From IMG/VR virus record IMGVR_UViG_3300032287_000839, positions 45,794-109,793 of that record: 64,000 nucleotides of DNA; one strand, given 5' to 3'. Each line of letters starts with the position of its first letter. The stretch's first letter is position 1. Shown here in pieces: positions 26,901 to 35,465 of the stretch. The position numbers and the translations under genes were made by a program. The notes under the pieces were generated by a model, which worked only from the letters and a program-made list of their open reading frames with translations, searched no databases and had not been told where the DNA came from. The stretch is from a virus. Its lineage: Duplodnaviria; Heunggongvirae; Uroviricota; Caudoviricetes.

Positions 26901-29354
26901 TAAATTATCTCTAGTTGCATCCTGACCATTTAATTCAAAGTTCAACAATTCCTCAAATGTCTTATCATATATCTTATCATCTGCCAATAAAGAATTAATT
27001 CTTTCAGAGTTTGTACGTAGGGCTTTAACTTGATCCTTAATTAATCTTCTATCAGCAGGAGTAGTGTACTCAGTAATTGTTTTGTTTAAGTTACTAGCTT
27101 TTTGCTCATAAAAATCACGTAGTTCTTTTAATCTTTCAGCATTAGTAAGTTGACTAAGTGTATTATTACTAATTAAAGGATTAATTCCATTTACAGAATT
27201 TTGAATTGCATTCAGTCTACCAGCTACATTTTTAGTTGTAACAGCATAATAAGCTAGATCGTTTTTATAATCTTCAAACTTATTATAGTTATTTGCCTCA
27301 AATATTGAATTTAACTCCTCTTCACTAGGATTGTTTATATCTTTAACTTTAGGATTATTCTTAAACGGATTAACTAAGTTGTTGCTAATCATATCCGCTG
27401 TAGACTTAATCTCATTTGCTTTAGCAATTAAATTATCTACATATTCACCTACAGTTGTTTTATTTGTAGAGTTCCAATCTAATTGGAATAATCTTTCAAA
27501 ATCTTCTTTCTTAAGATCTTTAAGCATTTTCAATTGCTCAATTGTTACATCATGCATTCCACCAGGAATACGTGATTGTACAAAGTTGAAGAATTGATCA
27601 TCTTGTAAATTCTTAAATTTAAATACATCACCAGATCTATTTGCTGCTTCCATTTCTTTAGCAATAGCAGCTGATGTTAATGTACTGTCGTACATTTGTT
27701 TCAATGTATTAGTAAGTCCTACATTATTAACAATATTAATAGCATTAGCTAATCTAGCATTTGCACCTTTTCCTTTATAATTATCATACACACGTTGACC
27801 ACCACCTACAACTAATCCTGTAAGAGCACCAATCAACATGTTCTCAATACCCTCTTGACTACCAAACTGTTGGTTCATACCATACACAGTAGACTTGATA
27901 ACCTCATTTAACTCATCTCTACCTTCTTTATAGTTACGATTTTTATACTTTCTTGTATAGTAATCATATGTTCCTTTTTCTGCAGCAAACTGTCCACCTT
28001 CTTCAAATACACCTTCTGAAAACATTGTAGAAACAGTTGGTCTAATGTTATCCCAAACTCTTCCAGCAAATGTGCTTGCAGCTTTCTTTTCAAATACATC
28101 AAGACTACCTTCTTGTAATCCTATTTTACCTGCTCCTTCTATACCTTGTTGTAAACCACCAGCAACAGGACCAGCACCTCCAGCAATCATTGACTTATAA
28201 AGGTTACCAAACATCAATGTATTAGATGCTGTTAAGAGAGCCATGTTTATACCAAATCTAGTATTCATACCAGCATTAGCATAATTCTCTATTTCTTGCA
28301 TTGCTTTAGCATCAGGCTCTTGATTAAAGTTGTCAAACTTATATTGATTGATTAACTCATCTTTAATCTTTCTATAGCCCTCTCTAGCCTCAACAGCTGC
28401 TTCTGTTAAAGAAGAACCGTATATAGCCATACCATATCTAAAACCATTATTCACTCTAGCTGCTGCAGCTAATTGAGCTGCTTTATTCATATTAAGAATA
28501 AACTTCTCACTCTTATTTAAGTCTGTTGCTAAATTTTCAAGTCTAGTTAATTGTGAAAGATTTTTTGCACCAAGCACTCTACCCATTGCAGTTTCAGCAC
28601 TAAATAGCTTATTTAAATATAAACTAGCTTTACCAACTTGAGCAGCCACTAATGGAATTTCTCCAATACCTTCTGTCACAAGACCTATAGCAACATCTTG
28701 TGCAGCAGCACCAAGAACACTACCTGCCATGAAACCTAAATTAGGTATAAATTTTTCACCCCAGAAGTAAGAACTTCCTTCTGCACCTGGAATAATACCA
28801 AGATATGGATGAGCTTTAGCATATGCACTTTGATAAGTAGGCATCCACTTATCTAAGTTATTCATCCAACCATCAATAACTCCTTCATATCCATCAGGAT
28901 CTCCTGATAGTTTACTTATATCACGATTCTTAATTGCAGAAATTGTATTAGGAATGTTTGTTAAGCTTTGAGCAAATGTACCAGCAGTTTTACCAACACC
29001 TTTAATTACACCTCTTGCAAGGTTACCATACCAAGATTGTGTTTGTGCATTAATGTCTTCTAGGTCACCAAGGTCTCTACCATATACAGGATAGCGTTGG
29101 TTAGCAAGAAGTTCACTTTGTGGAATATATCCAAAAGTTTGACCAAATCCCCCAGGACCAGGCATTTGACCTAATTGTTCTAATTCTGCAATACTATAAC
29201 CTCTTCTACTTACAGGAATATTCATAGGACCACCACCCTCACGTATGTCTAGAGGTAATGTTTTAGGAGATCCTATAGGCACAACAGGACTCCCTAAATT
29301 AGGGTCCATTGATAGACGTTCATCATTCATCAGTTCATCTGTTAAACTCGCCAT
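17928..29354 (-). CDS. giant virion protein (3808 aa); candidate crAss-like virion-packaged RNA polymerase
   Basis: Uninterrupted 11.4-kb ORF. Motif AGSDFDIDKLNIY at 20366..20380, a DxDxD metal-binding-like triad as in DPBB RNAP catalytic sites. Its N-terminus MASLTDE resembles that of the preceding 886-aa protein. Confidence 0.55.
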   Translation of the reverse strand: MASLTDELMNDERLSMDPNLGSPVVPIGSPKTLPLDIREGGGPMNIPVSRRGYSIAELEQLGQMPGPGGFGQTFGYIPQSELLANQRYPVYGRDLGDLEDINAQTQSWYGNLARGVIKGVGKTAGTFAQSLTNIPNTISAIKNRDISKLSGDPDGYEGVIDGWMNNLDKWMPTYQSAYAKAHPYLGIIPGAEGSSYFWGEKFIPNLGFMAGSVLGAAAQDVAIGLVTEGIGEIPLVAAQVGKASLYLNKLFSAETAMGRVLGAKNLSQLTRLENLATDLNKSEKFILNMNKAAQLAAAARVNNGFRYGMAIYGSSLTEAAVEAREGYRKIKDELINQYKFDNFNQEPDAKAMQEIENYANAGMNTRFGINMALLTASNTLMFGNLYKSMIAGGAGPVAGGLQQGIEGAGKIGLQEGSLDVFEKKAASTFAGRVWDNIRPTVSTMFSEGVFEEGGQFAAEKGTYDYYTRKYKNRNYKEGRDELNEVIKSTVYGMNQQFGSQEGIENMLIGALTGLVVGGGQRVYDNYKGKGANARLANAINIVNNVGLTNTLKQMYDSTLTSAAIAKEMEAANRSGDVFKFKNLQDDQFFNFVQSRIPGGMHDVTIEQLKMLKDLKKEDFERLFQLDWNSTNKTTVGEYVDNLIAKANEIKSTADMISNNLVNPFKNNPKVKDINNPSEEELNSIFEANNYNKFEDYKNDLAYYAVTTKNVAGRLNAIQNSVNGINPLISNNTLSQLTNAERLKELRDFYEQKASNLNKTITEYTTPADRRLIKDQVKALRTNSERINSLLADDKIYDKTFEELLNFELNGQDATRDNLVPVGSADKLIQYGVDINNLNKRRRDASKAFDELNTKEGFQKYFDQADEVANDLADQVEEDEKADEKKQEKEEKGVEQPKAERLYSFVNKGGQREDVQQGREYVNISLDKAKVDKIDEDRYQVTAPSGEVTFYKTETAANNAATDINDDLSDFRRVKILAVNPDGTVKVEDINGDIQNISTDKLTGYEKVQTEQEKLQKFSDDINKEQAEIELNSGDVATVDSSVVINLEEGRLVDANILYERTISEYEGDNFVAKPHQARAIEFLNNVGGFANKARIKTILVTPNQEDALGLSGLAEMQYGKPLADVADATNVDTGLVVAVYVEQDGDNVYFVDKEGKRVAKVGEKMDMNKVVFNTMPTTSLRYADKSPRYRADQKDLAEAKAAGWRVKRAELFAAPGYKVYNFTVSNGIPITVQNERNNIAGTLVPQDVVSTQEGLIQVSSNGFIFHKGKQVKVPVGHPYIQYNDTLQGVRGRTFTAKEAKGVFEVLKKISEEVNNQLAAGKPIKINRLYSTYLQNVLYWRSKGAISANQIFINSNTMNLELGKEKYDLTKIAEAEDAIVNQLKGVYQNLNRDTLTKKFHDKFLEPHIGPDGNLVVSEWDNYQTYLLADKFPDGSSRSISETPLSTNVAKVTDAVPYNFKQRYAILEGMELPEIVVKPTVQAQEATNVIGGYTLDGATENVFDLSTGPVLFTATRDANGNTFVKINDNKTVTDIAKDEAKVGTIVEALKGNDSFDASKDDLGIVKDYLKLRIAAEIQKETQVAPVVETVVEEEEVKLTETKTDLSNSKAPKDSEYRMLGQEDVEGMTDAEIELFKEWHAKNVPNIPFEILNRIITINDGQKAWGVFENGVAKFYKGGQRGTEYHEIFEGIWKGFLSQEEQQAILDEFKAKAGKFKDRESGKMLFYEEATDQQAKERIADDFADFRLGKLPARNIGERILNFFRSIIDFVKSFVNKPSRKEELFKAIDTGKYKGARLSEAVKSAAPEYRAAEGLTEGQTNDIVKDMTARVFRNVFGTNKSLYDISNLTASDIFNGIKAEYAEENKVVGDETWSDLVIKTKEFLRTFKIEFDEDNLLDINAENVNNKLYAPEAFTTDWKKNSPFPVKLLVGTLVETAPTNQVNSSTLSLPKAAVTEGATKGFLKLLSFSRSFATVIDKLANTTKVSKMVDKLTDLAKYDSNYVRLFTRMKGDRNSMEIDFSKFEPHDWRLFVQFYQTFTKQNPQALVQYVSGGDVYTAPANQFTVTKQTKEDWVNNLKDLSTDPNSFVRYNKGQKTYKVMSTEGVDISTPQKMVDFLNKIGVAYTLDTYLKLKPEQRDEFVKAVASIHTYFGTTKEIATVTGETLGINGPLDTLAELYVKVENPVQDSTFPNVEGEKRQAYSENNAPSVFANEVNEANTLEEVMAARPELNDVFSTHSQFLKKGGLFFNAAGKRIKSLIVSYIDGTKNQDNDTSVSTTGLTLGNRFTQELNQNLNGNYYILNPADSSTEWMINLGNNVKFAEVSGGLAWNKTYTIFKGYLKDDIALAQSDRDYLANVTDNFKNLNKAKELRFFKDILTGKTLSGVNNLIINGATQEEIDTYINENIEKINADVKAFIENNVVETKNILMYNNKIVNNPNGTFKYDSLDGKFTTAEKLNKESLTEDDINDILTFARINYVINNIEMHKALFGDPYQFAIKKGNLDETKRIKSFLSPRRTTFDSPEFNSFHNVEYNKANGIALNSFDPGYHTFKPYINTVTLKDIVLENGTNEADAASMIMDGTYREVKLRNGEWDLNSPAEAWHQWQMAYTRDAFANKGLYAYTNKALQKQDVALLKTPEPEYVTEVMKPIVSGNKYGKNQFDLVLDKFSQMPLYYKTVEGTNLETLYTNMWKQGVGYAVFESGRKVGAEKLYDLYKDGEVNTEAFDNIIPVAWKTYGIQVENSYAGAKAQTRGSQLTKLSSLDIFDNGVATSPEAAAEYARNKKILDALHLEAYNQLLDKLGIEDLGDGYNLVDPVSVSQALEYEMARRELADNIRDTIKIDENGEFPIPFESSPAYAQIRNILYSMVDKALISPKMNGGAKVQVPSTLWESGKRDAKQANPVLKFYTKDKPYIEILIPHSFKDQFKKAGFKSDEELLTYLNKPENESILRGIGFRIPTQALSSAEVFKIKGFLPQSMGDTVVVPSEITSKAGSDFDIDKLNIYLKNTYVNSKGQLKEVPFFGYGEEAKAAIKKFILKEDLESIFDINERTVVATEDDYGTLADKLYKQSLENQYFDSLEKLLTLPENYERLINPVSDGGLENMASELDKLRGVDESKVKNRILDGNYMTSLRHAFVTAKRWVGIGAVNITNHSLAQKGEVYIDPVKVAELNDYERKILGNGQIALPHNTVTINGKEVVSLSGTKDKAGKYISDNLSGFITSFVDVAKNPYILKVVSSNNVIGTAMFLTRIGSPVKTTALFLNQPIIKEYLNYLDSIDSKSVYSKKNLDAIRAKFPTDRKSAAAAKIEMKNLAPNIENYYAGKAINNAEQQRILAEFLKYHKMAQYAFKLTQATNYDTTKFRSAEAMDKKRMRTETAEESNIFTSAKDILDNSFIGGQANLAEKSMNALGAILKLDQLQYSVITSKVLEPYTANEYLSAENFDTIAAKIKASFIDYIFQTKTDLSDRTRELLIDPYTAVAGEIVKARKENPDMEILQQLTQAASNRVGGAKSIKLKANLKDSFDENLYTGMMRELRDNPATNALYNKIVDLAILQGTYQSAISIKNIIPIEDYAKRVENAVNSVASDLNLTNFSKFGAFERNNWKDENIFKKLTNVVPSLYNEGFNDKGELIVDVQFEQFPTLEDLSEEGVKNILVLDRFDNFADVGSDYILIPRVVNNGSQMIDIIDNKPVTRADYAKRKAAGDTSLNDVMGFQKVKYEDGTEFSRGSNVYYKAINLWGDGQFATEMYNDTRKSVFNNGTVKVENEILSQKIIDYFTETKEETVPLQNEAKEIKPEGLPPIKDNNQNNCG

Positions 29355-29355
29355 A

Positions 29356-32016
29356 CTATTTCCAGGTTTTTATTGCTTCATTATAAGTATCTTCAGATAT
29401 TGCACTTAATACATTTACTACCCCACCTTCTTGAATATATCTATTACCAATTCTTTTAGCTTTCCAAATGTTTTTACTTGGGTCAAAAGCATACATGATA
29501 ACACTATATCCATCAGTTTTTAATTGTCCACTATTGTCTTTATCTCCTTCAACATCAACTCTAACAAATTGAGCAATTTTTGAACTCTTTAAACCAGGAA
29601 GATCAAACCCTGTTATTTTTGCTGTTACAGCATAACTATTATCCACTTGAGGAGATCTTGCACCTATTGTATTTGTAGTGAAATTAGGAGAAGTTGAAAT
29701 TAAATCTTTATATGAATTAAATGAACTAGTTTCTAATATTTGAGGGAATAAAGGTCTTGAGTCTGCTCCCATAGGAATACTAACGTGACTTTTTCCAGTA
29801 GGATCAATAACAACCATTTGTGTAGTACCGTCTTTAGATTTCTCTAATCCAAATCTTGTTTTAGCACCATCTTCACCTGTCATCCATCCTAATGCTGTCT
29901 GTGCTATCTTTCCACCAGCAGTTAATTCATTTTTAGCTGCAATAGTAAGAAACTTAGTAATAGCATCACCAGTAGCTGCATCTGCTGGATTAAGACCTTC
30001 AAACTGAACAAGAGACTTTGGATTATATTTAGCTAAATAATCGCTTGTAAATTTCTGTACTTTTGGAGCTATATCAGTTGTAACTTTTCTAGCTTCATCA
30101 ATAGCACTTACCAATTTCTTTTGTTCAGGAGTTTGAGAAAACTTAAATTTTCCAAGATTAGCTTCTAACAATGGTAAATATCTACCTCCTTTATAATTTT
30201 TAAAAAAAGCAATTGCAGCATCTGTACGATATCCATAACCTGCACCAGGACCCACAATGTTTGTTTTAAACTTGTCCATTTCAATGGTTGCATCTGCAAT
30301 ATCAAAACCTGAATAGTTACCTACTCCTTTTACTTTAGTTGCTAGTTCTTTATTTTTAAATTCCTCAGTTTTTTGTTGAGCTGTAGTTACTAAATTAGCT
30401 TGTGCAGTGTATTCATCAACCGCTGCTCTATGTTGCTCTAGATATTTTATTTCATCAGGGCTGTAATTTTTTCTAGGATTTGTCTCATACTCTTTTATCA
30501 ATTTAGCAAATGCTGCTTGTTTTTGTTTAACGTTCAAATTAGGAAATAATCTATCTGCAAAAGTGTTATCTAATGCAGTGATTTGATTTGCTTTATCTAC
30601 AAGAACTTGTGTTTGACTTTCTAAAGTTGGAGGATCTCCACCTGTAGGAAGTTGACCAGGTACTACTACCGTTCCAGGTTTTTTCTTCTCTTCTTCTTCT
30701 TTTTTATAATTTATGAAAAATGATTCTTTGTCCCAAAGAAGTCTTTGTTTAGCAAGATCAATATTAGCCCAACCTCTAGCACTAGCATCAGCAAATTCTC
30801 TATTAGCAAGATTGAATTTTTGCTTCTCCATAAACATTTGAGTGTATGGATTAGATGAAAGTTCTTGTTTATAGCTTTTATAAGCTAAGTCAGTAGCCAT
30901 GTTCATCAAATGTTTTTGAGTGTACATGTCTGCTTTATATTTTTCTAATGTTGCAGGATCTTGCAATGCTTCTAATGTAGAATTTAAATCTTTATCTAGT
31001 TGTCCAGACTTCTCTTGTTCTTGAAGGTCTGTTAATCTAGCTTTAAGTGCACCTTGTTGTACAGCAGTTAAATCTGAATTTGTTAAAGCCACAGATAAGT
31101 TTACTATCTCTTGAGATAGGAAATCTTTTTTATTCTTATAGATATTAATAACATCTTTGGTAAATGCTTCAGGTTTAACACCTTTATATTTATACCGAGC
31201 ATCAATTCTTAATTGTTGAGCATCTTTACTATCTAAGCTATCTAAGAAGTTATTATATAATTTTTCAGAAGATGTACCTTTTGTTGACATCTTAAGCATA
31301 GCATCATCTATTTGTCTCTCTCCTTTAGAAGGATCTATAGAAACAATTTGACGAGTTACAGGCTTTCCATCTTTACCTTTTACTACATTACCCTTAGGAT
31401 CTTTAACCACCTCTGTTCCAAAGTATAATGTATTACCTTTATCATCTCTTTTCCAAGGATTATCTGCAACATATTCATCAGGATGCTCCATTATAAGTTT
31501 AGCTTTATCTAAAAGCTTTTTATCCACATCCCAATGTTCTATATATTTACCAGAAAAAGGAGAGGTAAGACTCTTGTCATTTAACCATGTAGCTTTTTGT
31601 TCATTCCAATAATCATCATTACTAGGACTAGATTTACCTTCTTTAGCAGCCAGCTCTCTATCAGCATCTCCTTTTCTAACTACCTGGGTAGAATAAATAG
31701 CAGTTTGAACAATAGGATCTTTAACTATCTGAGTAGCCATACCCCCTACAGAGTTAACTAATTGTTGATTAGAAAAGTCTCCAGCAGCCACAGTTCTCAA
31801 TTTTCCACCTAATTCATTAAGTTTAGATTGTAAATATTGCTTGTGTTCATTCTTGTACACATCCATCCCAGCTATATTATCCATATAGCTTTGAATCTTT
31901 TGCACACCTTGGTCATACTGTTGTTGCTTGTACATGCCCACTTGGACCATAGCATCAACAGGTAACTGTTGTACGTAAGGATTAAATTGTGATATCTGAT
32001 CGGTAAATGAAGCCAT
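29356..32016 (-). CDS. large structural protein (886 aa), function unknown
   Basis: ORF with the N-terminus MASFTDQ. It has its own promoter upstream. Confidence 0.6.
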   Translation of the reverse strand: MASFTDQISQFNPYVQQLPVDAMVQVGMYKQQQYDQGVQKIQSYMDNIAGMDVYKNEHKQYLQSKLNELGGKLRTVAAGDFSNQQLVNSVGGMATQIVKDPIVQTAIYSTQVVRKGDADRELAAKEGKSSPSNDDYWNEQKATWLNDKSLTSPFSGKYIEHWDVDKKLLDKAKLIMEHPDEYVADNPWKRDDKGNTLYFGTEVVKDPKGNVVKGKDGKPVTRQIVSIDPSKGERQIDDAMLKMSTKGTSSEKLYNNFLDSLDSKDAQQLRIDARYKYKGVKPEAFTKDVINIYKNKKDFLSQEIVNLSVALTNSDLTAVQQGALKARLTDLQEQEKSGQLDKDLNSTLEALQDPATLEKYKADMYTQKHLMNMATDLAYKSYKQELSSNPYTQMFMEKQKFNLANREFADASARGWANIDLAKQRLLWDKESFFINYKKEEEEKKKPGTVVVPGQLPTGGDPPTLESQTQVLVDKANQITALDNTFADRLFPNLNVKQKQAAFAKLIKEYETNPRKNYSPDEIKYLEQHRAAVDEYTAQANLVTTAQQKTEEFKNKELATKVKGVGNYSGFDIADATIEMDKFKTNIVGPGAGYGYRTDAAIAFFKNYKGGRYLPLLEANLGKFKFSQTPEQKKLVSAIDEARKVTTDIAPKVQKFTSDYLAKYNPKSLVQFEGLNPADAATGDAITKFLTIAAKNELTAGGKIAQTALGWMTGEDGAKTRFGLEKSKDGTTQMVVIDPTGKSHVSIPMGADSRPLFPQILETSSFNSYKDLISTSPNFTTNTIGARSPQVDNSYAVTAKITGFDLPGLKSSKIAQFVRVDVEGDKDNSGQLKTDGYSVIMYAFDPSKNIWKAKRIGNRYIQEGGVVNVLSAISEDTYNEAIKTWK

Positions 32017-32030
32017 AATATAAGAATTAG

Positions 32031-32061
32031 CAAATGTAAATTAAAATATTAGAAATACCAA
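32031..32061 (-). promoter_or_regulatory. Bacteroidetes-type promoter (TTG, 20 nt, TACATTTG) for the 886-aa gene
   Basis: The minus strand reads GTTCTTGGTATTTCTAATATTTTAATTTACATTTG. The ATG lies 14 nt downstream. Confidence 0.4.
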
Positions 32062-32102
32062 GAACAATAATGAATTTTGTTAATTTGGTATAACTAGTTT
32101 GG

Positions 32103-35100
32103 TTATAGGTTTTTAATAGCTTTAACAATAGATCCGTTTCTCTTTTTAGCAGTCTTAGGTGCTTTAGTAGGTTGAATCACTTTATATGATATAATATTTC
32201 CTTTATTGTCATATACAGGAACTGTTCCATCTTTAAGACCGTTATCTGTTAAATCAGGATCTGTTGGAGATACAGTAGGAGTATACCATTGATAAGGATT
32301 ATTAATGTTATAAGCTCTGCCTTGAGGATCATATCTATAGTTATACATATTCTCCATAACACCTAACGTTCTGTTTTCCAACTTGTTTTTAGCAATCTTG
32401 TCAGCAATAGAATTAAGAGCAGCAGCTGCTTCAGCCTTAGTTTTAGACCTAGCTGTTTCTTGTCTAACGTATTGAGTATCAAGGATTCCTAAGTTTTGTA
32501 ACTGAGCTTGGTTAAGAGCCTGTCTGTTAGCTTGGTAAACTGCAGCTTTATTCATTTGGTTCATTCTAAATTGCTCTCCTAAAACTCTATTTTTAAGGTC
32601 AGCTACCTGAGCCAATATAACAGATTGAGCAGAAGGATCTTCCCCACTAGCTAAAATGGCAGCTCTACCTTGAGCATCAATAGCATTTAATTGGTCTTGT
32701 AAAGATATGTCATATGGTTGATCTAATAGCGGTTGGTATGTTTGAGCCTGTACTGGTTGCAATTGGTTATTACCTAATGCATACATTTCACCCATTAATT
32801 GATCAGGATCAAGAGGCATTTGGTTTGTAGGTCTAAAGAAAGGATACATACTTAATGCTGTATCTGCAAGATTTCCCCAATCAGTACTTCCTTCACCCTT
32901 AGTAGGTGTTAATGCTTCTAAGTTAGCTATATTTTTATTTGCTTCAGCTATATCGATTTTTGCTGGAATAGCTGGAATTCTAGGACGTTCTGCTTTTGCA
33001 ATATCTATATAATTTGGAGAATAAGGAATGTTTGTTCTTTGTTTTGGTGCACTAAAGTTAGGCAATCTTAAACCTGTAAAAGGAGCAGCTGGAGCATTTG
33101 CAGCATCTGAGAATGGAGGAACTCCACCTGTGATAGGAGCAGGATAATTAGGAAGAGAAGGAAAATCGTAAGGTATTTTTATTTTTGCCCCTAATTCAGG
33201 AACAGTATACCCAGGAGTGTTTGCAGCACTTAATAAAGGTATACCTTTTCCAGCTTGAGCTTTCTTTAACTTCTTACCATCTCTACCAATAGCAGGGTCT
33301 TTAATAGCTCTTAACTTGCCTTTAGCCAAACCATCACTCTCTACACCAAATTCCTCTGCTGTATCAAGAATAGCATTTTGTACCATAGCTGCTTTTTGTT
33401 TCTTATCAGCTATATCCTTTAATTTAAGATTTGCTCCCATAATCATTGCTTTACCAGCATTTAGAGATAGTTGATCAAATGGATCATTAGGATTTGCATT
33501 GTTCACTAACTCTGTAGCCTTTTCAATAGTTTTGTTTTGTTTAACTTCTTGCTTACTTAAGTCAGCAACATAGTGTTTAAACTTCTTACCTTTAGCTTTC
33601 TTATCACCAATTTCATTTACACCATAAGAAGGAATTATCATATTACCAGCAACATTTAAAACTTTCTCTCCTGTTGATGGATCTATTAATTCCATAGCTG
33701 GTTCACCTCTTTCCACTTCAACATCAGCAGCACCTTCACTAGCACCATTTTGAGCATAGTCTGTCATTCCACCACTACCATATTTAACACCAATACCACT
33801 TCTTCCATTACCATCTGTGTCATCATGAGATTGACCTCTAAACATTACAGTTTCTCCTGTACCTGGTAAATAAGGGTTATAAGACATTGGTTCAGCGTCA
33901 CCACCCCATGTAGTTTGTAAATCACCACCCATAGCAAAACTTGGTCTTTCTGTAGACAAAGCTCTTGCACTAGGAGGAGTATAGTAATCATCTCCAACTG
34001 TACCACCAGCTCTTAACATATCAGCATCATGTGGAGGTTGTAATAAATCTTTCATGCTGTATTCACCAAACTTAGTAATCGTTTGAGGTTGCCAGCTATT
34101 GCTCACCCATGCATGTTCATCATCTACATATCCACCATCTTTCATAAATGCTGAATTCTGTGATTGTAAAGCTCTTGCTCCTTGTGCCCATGCAGCTCTT
34201 TCTGTATTTTGTCTACCAACATCTTGATAGTTTTTTAGTTGTCTAGCATCCTTAACACCACCAAATAAGTTACCAGCAACACCACCTAAGAATCCACCCA
34301 CCTTACCACCTAATGGTCCAAACACACTACCAATTGCTGTTCCCACTCCTTTACCAATAGAAGCTTGACCAGAGCTTTGGAAGTATTCTCCAAACTCTGC
34401 TGTAGGAATATTACCACCACGAGCATATTGTTTAAGATTACTTTCATTCAAAGGCTCATATCCAAGACCAATGTATATATCTTCAGGAGCATATGTATTT
34501 TGAATCTCTGTAGGATTACCACTAATCATTGCACCATCTTCAGCAGATAAATAATTTGTACCTGTTCCTTGAGGATTACCCATTTGTCCAGGTTGTACTA
34601 ATGCATCTTCAGGTCTAACATATCTACGTTTTTGCATTTCAGGTTGTGATTCAGCAGCTTGAGCTGTTACACCACTAATTTGTGCAAATTGATTAGCTTT
34701 TCTAATATTAGCTTTTTGCTCATTAAGTTGTCCAACTCCTTGTAATATCTGAGGAGCAGCATTTAATAAACCAACACCTGCAGCTTTACCAATAGTTCCT
34801 AAATTACCTGAATCACCAAGAGTTTTTAATCCAGCTTTAAATCCAATTCCTTTTCCAGTTGTTGGATCTTTAAATAGATTTGTACTAGCATCTAACATAC
34901 CTTGACCAGTTCCTTTCTTCTTACTAAATGCATCCACTAGTCCAGTACCAACACCACCTTTTGGTTCAAATGCTTTTCCTAACATTTGTCCAATACCAAA
35001 AGCATCTAACCCGCTTTGTCCTTTCTTTAACTTGCGTCCACCACTTTTTAATTCTTTAATAATTCCAGGAAGCTCTGCCAATATTCCAGGATCACCCCCA

Positions 35101-35447
35101 CGTTGAGGAGCTGCTTGTGGATTAACTTTAGCTACAGCCTCTTGCCTTGCTTGATCTTCTCTACTAATCCCAGAGTTAATAGCATTTACATTGGCTAATA
35201 TATCATTAAACTGTATAGGACTAAAAGACTTATCTGGTTGACCACCTATATATGCACCAACTTGTGCTACAGGAGGATTACCAAAATCAGTTAATTGGTG
35301 CAACTGGTCATTTACCATTTTAGCTCCCATAGCAGCTTTTTTAAATGCTTTACCATGAGCTTTCATAAACGCTTCTTCTGTAGGATATTTCTTATAGAAT
35401 TCCTTTTCAGACTTTACTTTAGCGATCTTTAAGATTTGATCTTTCAT
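32103..35447 (-). CDS. large Gly-rich structural or ejection protein (1114 aa)
   Basis: ORF. Gly-rich and low-complexity, with repeated GG-aromatic short motifs (KDGGYVDDEHAW, RAGGTVGDDYY). Confidence 0.6.
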   Translation of the reverse strand: MKDQILKIAKVKSEKEFYKKYPTEEAFMKAHGKAFKKAAMGAKMVNDQLHQLTDFGNPPVAQVGAYIGGQPDKSFSPIQFNDILANVNAINSGISREDQARQEAVAKVNPQAAPQRGGDPGILAELPGIIKELKSGGRKLKKGQSGLDAFGIGQMLGKAFEPKGGVGTGLVDAFSKKKGTGQGMLDASTNLFKDPTTGKGIGFKAGLKTLGDSGNLGTIGKAAGVGLLNAAPQILQGVGQLNEQKANIRKANQFAQISGVTAQAAESQPEMQKRRYVRPEDALVQPGQMGNPQGTGTNYLSAEDGAMISGNPTEIQNTYAPEDIYIGLGYEPLNESNLKQYARGGNIPTAEFGEYFQSSGQASIGKGVGTAIGSVFGPLGGKVGGFLGGVAGNLFGGVKDARQLKNYQDVGRQNTERAAWAQGARALQSQNSAFMKDGGYVDDEHAWVSNSWQPQTITKFGEYSMKDLLQPPHDADMLRAGGTVGDDYYTPPSARALSTERPSFAMGGDLQTTWGGDAEPMSYNPYLPGTGETVMFRGQSHDDTDGNGRSGIGVKYGSGGMTDYAQNGASEGAADVEVERGEPAMELIDPSTGEKVLNVAGNMIIPSYGVNEIGDKKAKGKKFKHYVADLSKQEVKQNKTIEKATELVNNANPNDPFDQLSLNAGKAMIMGANLKLKDIADKKQKAAMVQNAILDTAEEFGVESDGLAKGKLRAIKDPAIGRDGKKLKKAQAGKGIPLLSAANTPGYTVPELGAKIKIPYDFPSLPNYPAPITGGVPPFSDAANAPAAPFTGLRLPNFSAPKQRTNIPYSPNYIDIAKAERPRIPAIPAKIDIAEANKNIANLEALTPTKGEGSTDWGNLADTALSMYPFFRPTNQMPLDPDQLMGEMYALGNNQLQPVQAQTYQPLLDQPYDISLQDQLNAIDAQGRAAILASGEDPSAQSVILAQVADLKNRVLGEQFRMNQMNKAAVYQANRQALNQAQLQNLGILDTQYVRQETARSKTKAEAAAALNSIADKIAKNKLENRTLGVMENMYNYRYDPQGRAYNINNPYQWYTPTVSPTDPDLTDNGLKDGTVPVYDNKGNIISYKVIQPTKAPKTAKKRNGSIVKAIKNL

Positions 35448-35465
35448 ATTGAACTTTTGTATGAT

